Assembly: GCA_951406725.2 (NCBI GenBank)
Contig: OX597820.1
Location: 87,234,001-87,298,000, forward strand
Direction: 5' to 3'
Length of the DNA: 64,000 bases
Source of the DNA: Octopus vulgaris
Lineage: Eukaryota
Shown here: one piece after another, positions 1 through 11,708 of the stretch
Layout: the number at the start of each line of letters is the position of its first letter
Position numbering within the stretch: position 1 is the stretch's first letter
The notes under the pieces: generated by a model
The model's database searches: none
Seen by the model: the letters and a program-made list of their open reading frames with translations, nothing else
Told to the model about the DNA's origin: nothing
Position numbers and translations under genes: made by a program

Positions 1-290
1 CAGATGAAGGCTTCGCAATTTCTTGCTGGACAGTCTGCCAGTCTGCATAGATGATTTGTTGAGAGTGATCACATATTTGTACTATATATTAACCCACTTT
101 CTCCATAAAATCTACATTGTCTGTATAGGTTCACGGTGTGCCACATGTCAGATACTGAAACGGTCGCAGAACAGCTTGAAACGGAGTATTTTGTTCACGA
201 AAACCACGCACCGAGCGGAAACTGCGATCTCTTGATCGTGAGGGCAACACGCTAACCTCTAGACCACGAGTTCTCACATCTCTCTATCTT

Positions 291-323
<33 letters not shown>

Positions 324-337
324 TACCCACACACATA

Positions 338-503
338 GTGCAGGCGTTGCTGCGTGGTAAGAAGTTTGCTTTCCAGCCACATGATTCCTGGTTCTGTTCC
401 CCTGCGTAACACCTAGCGCAAGCGCTTTCTACCCCAGCCCTGGGCCGTATAAAGCTTTGTTAGTTGATTGAGTCGGCGGAAATTGACAGAAACCCGTCAT
501 GTA
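338..503 (+). mobile_element. tRNA-headed SINE, family B (head only)
   Basis: gcaggcgtggctg(c/t)gtggtaagaag...ggtTC..tccc head, shared with the copies at 2541-2706, 39452-39612, 49715-49857 and 62762-62925. Confidence 0.75.
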
Positions 504-689
504 CGAGAGAAAGAAAATTAAATTCACGAAATTCTTTATTATTCACTACGATCGTTTCAACCCATCGTGCACCGTCACCTCACGAGTGAAATGCTATACA
601 AACAAATCGCTTGGACTTTCATAAATATTTAGTAGGAAACAGGAAGCGCTACTTAAAAGACCTGATTTTGTGAACGCAAGCGATTTACC

Positions 690-1650
690 AACTTATTGAG
701 TTAAAAAACCTAATTTACAGCATAAACCATAGTATCAATTTCACTATTGAATACAGTAAAATTCTACTATTCTTATATATTCTAATCATTACACACACAG
801 AACATTGAAACAGACATTCATTACAAACCACCAGATTCTAAACAATACCTGCTGTTCTCCTCATACTATCCCAAACACACGAAGACTAATATTCCTTTTA
901 ATCTAGCAAGAAGAATCTGTACAGTTGTTTCAAACGTTAATATTCGCAATAAAAGACTCCAGGAATTAAAACAATAACTACTCGAGAAAAAATATCCATC
1001 AAAGTTAATAGACAGCGGAATAGAACGTACCAAAGCAATAGATAATCAAGAATTACGAAAAACAAAATACACATCAGGTACACCCAAATTCTCTACGCTT
1101 TATTACAACACGCAACCCCCAAAACACACATTTTCCACTAGAACATTCCACTCCTGAGACAAGACCCAACAATGAAACGAGTACTTGAAAAACACAAAAT
1201 AATTAAAAGCAATAAACAATCAAAATCTGCTCACCAGTGCTAAATTACCCTCCTCAAGCCCCATACCAAACCAAAAGTGTGGCCGCCCTAACTCCATGGC
1301 CTGCATCAACCTCATTGAAGACAATAATTATAAATTTAAATGGGGACAGATAATTACTTTGACATGTTCGTCAAAAAATTTAATATTTGCTATGAAATGT
1401 AAAAGATGTAACGAAGATTACATAGTTCAAACAAAACTTACCCTTAGAAACATACTTACTATTCATAGAAAACAAATACGAGACCCTAGTACGAGGTAGT
1501 GGACACATAGACATATGAGCAAAAAATATGTCTCCCAGCTCCAAGTCTTCCCACTTTACCTTTGCTGCTAAGTCAATACCAGAGACCAAGCACGGATAAA
1601 CAAAGAAAATATATTCATATAAAAGTACAAACCAAGACTGAATAAACGTT
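690..1650 (+). pseudogene. Decayed Penelope-like element ORF: RT thumb plus GIY-YIG endonuclease
   Basis: Translation gives IETDIHYKPPDSKQYLLFSSYYPKHTKTNIPFNLARRICTVVS (PLE RT C-terminus) and LTCSSKNLIFAMKCKRCNEDYIVQTKLTLRN..IH (GIY-YIG); multiple frameshifts and stops. Confidence 0.85.
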
Positions 1651-2256
1651 AACCAACTACATTCACGAATAACTATTCGCTCACAAACTCTTTCTACTGC
1701 ATAACATGTTGAATTTATACAGCTAACAGCCTAAACTTTGGACACAATCATGACTGCTAGTTGACGGATCATACATGCAGGTAAGTGTTGAATGATTAGA
1801 AAATTGTCGTTTAATAGCTAAAATTGATACCTGCACACTTAGACACAAACCATAACTATTCAACTACTAGGCCATGTAGAAACAATTCCTGTCCACTCTA
1901 TCACTCGACAGATTGAATTTAGTGAACCTATTTTGGGACCGTCTCGAGACATGTTCATCCAACCGTGTCAGCTTCGATTTTCGGCGCAAAAAATAAAGTC
2001 ACTATTTAACGCACGGACGTAGTGCGGAACGTACAGACATTTCTAAGAATACTACTAATCACGAGATCTTGCTCTACTACATTTAACAGATAAAATTCAA
2101 ACAGCCTTGATTGCTTGATTGTCACTATACATGTTCACTCAACCGTAGCAGCTTTAACTAACAGTGCCAAACATATGTAATTGGTAGAACTATATACATG
2201 TTCAATCTCATGCGGACGTTTCGTGTATAGTTCTGCAATATATATTTTGCTATGAC

Positions 2257-2330
2257 GATCACACTGATGAGTTCCGGACATTCTACGTAAGTGATTAGGT
2301 AAATGGTAACAACGAAACTGGTTTGTGATT
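2257..2330 (+). ncRNA. Type I hammerhead ribozyme motif in the PLE pLTR
   Basis: Stem I gatcaca/tgtgatt; core CTGATGA (2264-2270); stem II base gtt/aac; GAAA (2314-2317); short stem III ACTGGT; GUU cleavage triplet; lies downstream of the PLE ORF. Confidence 0.75.
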
Positions 2331-2540
2331 AATCTGTTTATTTTGTATCTTTTCATTTGTTTTGCTCGCTTACGTTCTAGCATTTGCTAAATTTTCTTGA
2401 GAAGATACAGTAAAACTCTACTATTTCTATATATTCTAATCCTTAAACAGACTTCAAGCATATGGATGTCCACTTAGTGGTCATTCCTCTTATATGTATG
2501 TATGTAATGTATGTATGTATATACATATATATGTATATAT

Positions 2541-2706
2541 ATACGACGGGTTTCTTTCGGTTTCCGTCTAGCAAATCCACTCACAAGGGTTTGGTCGGCC
2601 CCAGGCTATAGTAGAAGACAGTTTCCCAAAGTTCCGCGCACTGGGACTGAACCCGGAACCATGTAGTTGAGAAACAAGCTTCTTACCACACAGCCACGCC
2701 TGCGCC
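2541..2706 (-). mobile_element. SINE family B head
   Basis: Reverse complement of ggcgcaggcgtggctgtgtggtaagaagcttg...aaacccgtcgtat. Confidence 0.8.
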
Positions 2707-2720
2707 TATATACACATATA

Positions 2721-2965
2721 TTGGGTTGGTGCATAATTATTGCAGCTTTTTTTCAACAAATTTTATTCAACAAAAACACTAACAATATTTAGCAAACTCA
2801 ACTTTAAATGACGGTCTGGCCGTCTGCTATGCAAATGGAAACAGTAATAGATATTGGTGGTGAATATGCTCCGGAACAATCATTTAAAGATGTTTTGTTA
2901 CCTGTTATTCTTTTTGTTGAATAAAGTTAGTTGAAAAAAGCCGCAATAATTATGCACCAACCCAA
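2721..2965. mobile_element. Mariner-derived MITE
   Basis: TIRs ttgggttggtgcataattattgc / gcaataattatgcaccaacccaa flanked by TA; resembles the Hsmar1/MADE1-type terminus. Confidence 0.85.
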
Positions 2966-3485
2966 TATATACATATACATATATACATACATATATCTGT
3001 GTGCGTGTGTGTGTGTGCATATACATATTTATATATACATATATATATATATTTATATATGTATATATTATGTGTGTATATATATAAAGAGTAATTTATG
3101 AGGGATTATAAATACGGGCAAAATGCTTTTTAATCTCTCTATTAATACATTCACCAAGCTAACAAAAGAGGATTGTGATTGGTATAGAACTCTATGTAAT
3201 CCATTAATTTTCTTCTTTTTCTCTTCTACTGTACTTTCCTCGCTCTTTCCATTTCTTCATTAGTTTTTTTTTGTTGTTTTTTTTTTTACTTTGGCACTTG
3301 ATGTAGTGACTCCAAGACGGTAGCATTTTTAATGGTCATTCACTACGACTGAGTAAACAGAACAATTAACGCACCCAAAATTCTCACAAGAAACAGCTCT
3401 AAGTCTACAATTCATAGATAAATGTATAAAGTCCACACACACACACATATATGCATGCATATCATATCATGTTATATTCATGTTT

Positions 3486-3540
<55 letters not shown>

Positions 3541-4169
3541 CATACACACACACACGTATTAGCTGAGTTAGAGGTTAAAATAACTAAGGGATAGAGGTAT
3601 CCATTACACTACTGGTATGTTACCTATGTTTGTAAAAATATTATACTCATAAACTATAGGTAAAGACAAGGATAAACATGAGTTTATCAAGAATCAAAAT
3701 TTAAAGAAAACAGAAAATGGTGAAATATTGAACAACAATTGACTTACATCAATTACACTATGTAACACATTTTGGACTTTTGTTTGTCTTTGGTCATTAA
3801 GTGTTATCTCCTAATTGCTTTCGTCTAGAAAGCAAAGAATTTTATTATTAGTCCCTTCAAACTTTGGTTCCTGTGGCAGAACATTGATGTTTTTAAAATA
3901 TTTATATATAAAGTTGTAATCTGAATTAATGTTTTTAAAGTTAATTATATCATTTAATATATTATGTATTATAAAACACAGGGGGTTGAACCGCGTTCGG
4001 ACAACAAAGCAGCATGTAAACATATCTCTATATTTATTTTTAGAACATTCTGGCAACACTGGATGTACTATAAATAAAAGGATTCAGGAAACATAGACTC
4101 TTCAGTGCAGTCTACTTCTAGCTGTCAAAGTGGACACGAAAGCGTTATTGATAGCTGCGTTCGTCACAA

Positions 4170-5340
4170 ATGGCATCAAGAGGTTGTAAGCATCCGGCAG
4201 ATGGATTTTGTTATATCTGCAGTGAATTTATCCAGACAAGAGCAAAAAAATACTCTCTAACAGCATCTGCTAAAATGTGAGAGGTCTACAAGGCATATTT
4301 TGGCATGCCTGTCGGGGATCAGGATAACTCTGGGCACCTCATTTCTCCTTCGGACTCTGCAAAAGAACTCTAGAAGGTATGATGGAAAAATTTGCTTATT
4401 TAGATAGTGGAATTTTTAAGTGTAAAAATTTTGGATTATTCTTATATTTTTTCCCTCTTTTTTAACCAGTATTATAGAAAATATGTATACTATATTTAAT
4501 GAAAACATAATATACAAAATAAAGTACCATACAATGACTAATGTAAATACATCTGTAATTGTAAATATTTCTTTATGAGTGGAAGATGATGAATGATCGG
4601 GAAAGCAAGTGTAATATATTTGTATTCTAATACTCATATTTTTGCTCTTTTGCAGGATGGTACAGAGGGGAAAAGAGAGCCATGAAATTCGCAATCCCCA
4701 AATTTGGAGAGAACCAACTGACCACTCTTCTTCTGAATGACTGACCTTTCCAAAGCCGAGATGGCAAGAATGCGCCTGCTCTCATATATCCAGAGCTTCT
4801 GTCATCAATCGCCCCAGTGCCACACTGCCCTGAGCTCCCAGTACCCACCCCTCCAAAGAGAGAGCAGCCACCTTCAGAAGAGAGCAACACACCAGAAGCG
4901 GTTGAAATCGTTGATTCAGATTTCAGAGGTGCAGCTAGAGGAACCCATATTACCCCAACCAAAAAGACCTCAATGCCCTTATCAGAGATCTTGGTCTCAC
5001 AAAGTCCAATGCTGAACTTTTGACATCGAGACTCTGGCAGTGGAATTTGTTACAAGATGTGCAATTCACAAGTCAGATAAAGCTCAACCAGTATTTTTCA
5101 AGTTTTTTTTCACCAGTCAAGATGGGCTTTCCTTCTGCCACAATCTGACTGGTCTGTTTGAAGCTATTGGAATAGCTTGTAACCCCAGCGAGTGACGCCT
5201 CTTCATTGACAGATCATACAAGAGCGTCGGAATCGTGCAACTTCACAACGGGAACATATATCCATCTCACTCAGTGCAGCTAATGTATCCTGGCTCACTC
5301 AGTGCAGCTCAAGGAGGAATACAGCAGCGTGAAGAGTTTT
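4170..5340 (+). pseudogene. Decayed DNA-transposon transposase 5' part (probably CMC/Chapaev3-type), with an intron at 4377-4655
   Basis: MASRGCKHPADGFCYICSEFI...YKAYFGMPVGDQD..WAPH; a GT..AG intron joins LEG|WYRGEKRAMKFAIP.IWREPTDHSS; then PHCPELPVPTPP. Superfamily assignment is from recalled motifs. Confidence 0.65.
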
Positions 5341-5365
5341 AGGGATTAGAGAGACACATTTTCAT

Positions 5366-5988
<623 letters not shown>

Positions 5989-6028
5989 TGTATGTATGTA
6001 TGTATGTATGTATGTATGTATGTATGCT

Positions 6029-6200
6029 CATTCGCCATGCTGGACCGCTGAAATCTACAAGGTCTTTTATTCTCTCTGTTTATTTTCTCATTCCTTTCTG
6101 TTGAAGAGCGTAGGCTCGAAACGTAAATGACTTTTTGATTTTGCCCGAGCATCAAACTATTATACTTGCTTGTATGTATATTGGCTGCACCAAAAGTCAC
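6029..6200 (+). mobile_element. HHR-bearing short repeat, family D, copy 1
   Basis: attcgccatg...ctttCTGTTGAAgagcgtaggctcGAAACGTA (HHR at 6093-6130); homologous to 7787-8045, 40717-40990 and 48230-48412. Confidence 0.75.
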
Positions 6201-6429
6201 GCACAAAATAAGTTCAATATGCTCCAGAATTGTCAAAGATTTTTTTCGAAAATTGATTGAAATAAATGAAATAATGATGAATACACATGTACTTATACTT
6301 GAATATAATGAATAAAAATAACATCAAATTTAAAACATTTTGATGCATGACTTTTCGACAACATTGTATATATATATGTATGTATATGTATACATATATC
6401 TATGCTTGTGTACTTATATACATATATTG

Positions 6430-6727
6430 TTACTTGTTCCTTCTCGAGCCATGCCTGGCTCATTGGGCCAGTTTCTCAGTTGCCTTGGCGTATAGGTTCC
6501 CAACTAGGACGGGATGCCGTTCTGTCGCAGGTGCGTTACAAGATGCAGGAGGAAAGAGTGAGAGAAAGTTGTGGCGAAAGAGTCAGCAGGAGTTCGCCGT
6601 TACCTTCTGCCGCGTGGAGCTTAGGTGTTTGGCTCGTGAACACACACATCGCCCGGTCTGAGATTCGAACCCGCGATCCCACGACCGCGAGCCTGCTGCT
6701 CTAACCACTAGGCCATGTGTCTCCACT
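6430..6727 (-). mobile_element. tRNA-derived SINE, family C
   Basis: A box tggcctagtggttagagc and B box gggttcgaatctc on the minus strand; related to 20166-20477 and 44281-44576. Confidence 0.75.
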
Positions 6728-7089
6728 ATATACATATATACGTATACATATATATGTAAGACACTATATTTAACGTTGCTGCAGTTCACTCAGCTGTAGA
6801 AAGGAACTGTACCGTCACTGATGCCAAGCTGTATTGACCTTTGCCTTTGCCTTCTTGCATGGAGAAGGAAGACTGTTATGCATGGGCGACAGCTGATTTC
6901 CATAAACAAACATGCTCGAACTTGTTCCTCGGAGGGAAATTTCTTGTTCCAATCCCATGGTTATTCATGACCGAAAGGGGGGTCTTTACCTTTACCCCCC
7001 CCCCCCATACACACATGTACACACAGATATATATAAATACACTTTATTATTAAAGTTACAAAAACATCACAAAAGTATCACAAAAAAAC

Positions 7090-7125
7090 TGCAAATCAGA
7101 GTTTCACGTTACCGTTCGTCAGACA
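7090..7125 (-). ncRNA. Minimal hammerhead motif, slightly decayed
   Basis: Minus strand tgt-CTGACGA-ACG-GTAA-CGT-GAA-ACTC-T-GATT-T-gca; one stem III mismatch. Confidence 0.6.
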
Positions 7126-7786
7126 TTTGTGATTGAGAATGGGACAAGAATTAAGGTTATATGTATAAATATATTATACAATTTACATTGACAGATACAC
7201 ATTTATAATAAAATATTCACTTACGGAAATCTAAAAACATAAATATATATAGATACACGTTATTCACATACAAACGCATACCTGTATCTATTTATACGTG
7301 CACACATTAAAAACATATACATACATATGTACGCGAACACGTACAAAAGCTGATATATACATGCATACATACAAACATATACAGGCAAATATTAATATGT
7401 ATATATTTACTAATGTGCACATTGACAAACACACACACACATATGTATATATACATATATATGTACACACACACAATACGTCCCATTCGTACGTGCTAAT
7501 TTGTTTCTAATATACACAACTTGGCTGTTACTGGCTAGAGAAAGAGGAAAAGTTAAAGAGAACAAAAAGAATCAAAATAAGAAGTTGTGGGATGGAGAAG
7601 AGAGAAGGCGACATATTTGAAATAGAGATACAGCAAAACAGTTATGCGTGTATAGTCAAGCCCGTATACGCACACATATAAATAGACTTGCATAAACATA
7701 CCCACGTAAATACATACATACATATATATACATAGTTACACACATGTATACACGCATTCATATTTACATATAAACACATATATATA

Positions 7787-8045
7787 GGGAGAATTCGCAA
7801 AAAAAAAACAACAGACGAAGACAGGTGGTGTAGACAACAAACAGATGTATTAGTATAACGCTCGGGAAATGAAAATGTCTTTAACGTTTCGAGCCTAAGT
7901 TCTTCCACAAAATGGAACACAGAAAGAAACAAGGAGAGAAAATATAGAATGTGTAGTGGCTAGCGATCTATCATGGCGAATGCCGGACAGAAGGGTCACA
8001 CAGGAGAGATTGGGAGAAGGGGAGATAATAAAGCAGTGCTGATCC
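7787..8045 (-). mobile_element. Family D repeat, copy 2 (decayed HHR at 7878-7913)
   Basis: Reverse complement of ...ttgtggaagaacttaggctcgaaacgttaaagac...gaattctccc(TA). Confidence 0.75.
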
Positions 8046-8696
8046 CAATATACACATAAATACATAAACATACAAACATACACAATACGGATCTAGTCTT
8101 TCTCATTCACAAAATGAGCTCCCTTTAATTTTGCTCAGATCGCTTTCAATTTTGGTGTATCAATGCAACTCTGAATGTTGGTTACGATCAATCAATTACT
8201 TTATCTCGTGACTTGAAGAATATGATGTTATTTGGAATTAAAGTTGGGAAATTTGGGTAATTTTAGCCAATCAACAGACACTGAGGCATTAACAGCTTGT
8301 TACCATGATAACCGCTCATTGCGTTGTGTTTCACCTGTATGTGTTGATTCTTCACACCAGGAGATTTACTTCACCACCATATTTTGTTTTAATAGAAATT
8401 TATATTCATCAATTAGAAATTTATTATAGTTATATTTCGTTAATTGTCTTAATATTTTACCAAAGTTGTTTTCGATGATTATATAGTTTCTTGACATTAT
8501 GAAGGTGAATGGAATATGTGAACTTAGTACAGATAATTTGACATTATTTTTGAATTCTGCATGCAAAAACATAACATACAGGTATTCTTTTTCTTGAAAT
8601 AAAATATTTGTTGAACAGTGTTACTCTTATCGTAGTTTATAAATCCAAACATAAACACGTTACTCAACATTGAAGTTTTGGAGACAAATGCTCCCT

Positions 8697-8742
<46 letters not shown>

Positions 8743-9435
8743 ACGTACGCGCATACACACACTTGTACTTATATATTAATGATGTACACAAATACATGAC
8801 AAACATAGGATAATACTGAAATATGCATAAAGTAAACACATGCAAACAAATATATTAATATAACAAATTTTTAAAAAGTAATAAAAACATACAATTAATT
8901 AATGAAGAGACAAAAGAAACAGTAAGATGATACATGTTGATTTCATTAGGTATTTCTGTTTATTAAACCTACAATGAAAAGGTTATTTCACAGACGCTAA
9001 ACTCTAAATTTCACAGGGTACAACCTTAAAGTTGACCCCGCTCCGCTAAACACAGAAAATTTGTTTCCCTATTGGCTAAAAATACACAATTTTTCGAATT
9101 TTAAACCTCTGTAAGATTTTCCTCCAATTTTTTTCTCCACAACATCATACCTTTATAGCAATTAGACTGGAAAACTTTATTATTATAGCCGATTTTCGGA
9201 TTTTCTTTTTTTTTTTTATCTAAAAATGCATATTTTGTGAATGAAACAAACTACATCCCACAATACATATATGCACATACGTATATATTCAAAACTGTGT
9301 GTGTGTTGTATTGAACATTAATATAAGATTTGCTGAAAGAAACAACAATTTCAGAGATGTAGATTAAATAAAATCAATTATAAAATAAAATTAAATTGCT
9401 AAAAATAGTACTTTGTGTAATATTAATTTCAAAAT

Positions 9436-9604
<169 letters not shown>

Positions 9605-9800
9605 TGTATGTATGTATGTATGTATCTGTGTATGTATGTGAGAAATTATAGTAAATATGGATGATTCGTTGTGGTTCAGTACTCAGTTGCGCTTTGGAAC
9701 ATCCAATGTGCAGGTTCCAGCCAACCAAAACGCCGAAACGTACGTAGGGAACAAGTGATATAAAGTTAATTCTTACGTTAATTTCTCCTACTATATATAT

Positions 9801-9927
<127 letters not shown>

Positions 9928-10002
9928 CAGAGATAGATGTATTACATACATACATATATACATGTATATATGTACGTATATATATAGGTGTGTGTATATA
10001 TA

Positions 10003-10076
<74 letters not shown>

Positions 10077-10609
10077 TATATATATATATACAAATAGACA
10101 GAGAGAGAGAGGAGGGGAGAGAGATAGAGAGGGGGGAGAGAGAAAGACAGAGGCTTTTATTTATGTGTGCGTAAGTACGCACAAATTTTCCTTATTTGTT
10201 TATTTACGTATTTATTTATTGAACAGCATAATGGACAAACTATTTGAAAAATATGAAATATCCACGTGGGAATGTAATTATTTTTATAATTCGTTCCAGA
10301 ACTATCACCAGAATATAAATTTACAGCCTCTCGATTAGTAACTAGTTTGATAAGTGCTCGAAACTCTCATCTCTTGATTCACTCAGTTGGTTTTGCTAAC
10401 TATTAATAATGTAGGCAGATAGATAAACAGACAGACGGACAGACAGACAGATAGAGACAGACAGACAAATAGAGACAGACAGACAGATAGAGACAGACAG
10501 ATAGAGACAGACAGACATATAGAGACAGACAGACAGATAAATAGACGGACGGACGGACAGACAGATAGACAGACAGAGAGTGAGTGAGAGAGAGGGAGAG
10601 AGAAGGAGA

Positions 10610-10840
10610 GATTAAATGAAATTAGAAATAAGGAAAGCTTCTAACGATGCAGAAAGTTTTTCTTTTAAACTTTTGAAGCACAAAGGTCTCTCTCGCGGCT
10701 CATCCGGTTATCCAAAATAGCAGGGTATATATAAACACGCATTTCTTTGTATTTTTCTGAAGATGGGCATTTGCGCCCGAAATATAAAAGTTTCTCTGCA
10801 TTTTTAGAAGCTTCCCTTGTTTCTCAGTTCACTTTATTAC
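10610..10840 (+). mobile_element. Inverted-repeat cassette with a hammerhead at 10752-10790
   Basis: Arms ~10610-10656 and ~10791-10838 are diverged reverse complements; tttt-CTGAAGA-T-GGGC-atttgc-GCCC-GAA-ATAT-A-aaag. Confidence 0.7.
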
Positions 10841-10944
10841 AATACTTCACGCGAAATATGTATGTGTATGTGTGAGTGTGTACATATATATGTATAATGT
10901 GTGTGTGTGTGTGTGTGTGTGCGTGCGTGTGTTATGTATATTCT

Positions 10945-11090
10945 TTTCTACTCTAGGCACAATGCCGGAAATTTTGGGGGAGGGGCCAATCGATAAGATC
11001 GACGCAAGTACCAAACTGGTATTTAATTTATCGACCCCTAAAGGATGAAATGCAAAGTCGACCTCGGCGGAATTTGAACTTAGAACGTAG
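10945..11090 (-). mobile_element. SINE family A (Deu/Nin-like central domain)
   Basis: Reverse complement of gttcaaattccgccgaggtcgactttgc.tttcatcctt..ggggtcgataaattaa.taccag. Confidence 0.75.
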
Positions 11091-11174
11091 TGTGTTTATA
11101 TATATTATATATGTATGTGTGTGTGTATATATATATATATGTGCGTGTGTGTGTATAAAATAAATAAATATTTC

Positions 11175-11400
11175 CTTCTCGAGCCATAACAGGATCATGA
11201 AGGTCGGTTACCTGATTTCAATGGCATGTATATTCCCCACCTGGTCGGGACGCCGGATTACTAATTTTTGCCAGCTGAATGGACTGGAACAACCTGAAAT
11301 GAAGTGTTTTGTTCAAGAACACAACGCGTCACCTGTTCTAGGAATCGAAACCACAATCTTTACGATTATGAGTCGAACATCCAAACCACTAGGCCACAAA
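11175..11400 (-). mobile_element. SINE related to family C
   Basis: tggcctagtggtt...ggtttcgattcc head and gtgttcttgaacaaaacacttcatttc body on the minus strand. Confidence 0.65.
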
Positions 11401-11402
11401 TC

Positions 11403-11438
<36 letters not shown>

Positions 11439-11645
11439 GTATACACATATACAGCCACATACATATTATATATATATACACTCGCGCACACACACATAGA
11501 CATACATAAAAAATGCTTTGTTGATGTTCAAATTCCAATGAAGGAGCCTTGGATCTAGGTTAGAAACCGACTCTTTCTCTATTGGCAAGAAATCTTGAAA
11601 TAAAACCGAATAAGGACATACATACATACATACATACATACATAC

Positions 11646-11676
<31 letters not shown>

Positions 11677-11708
11677 CATACATACATACATACATACATA
11701 CATACATG

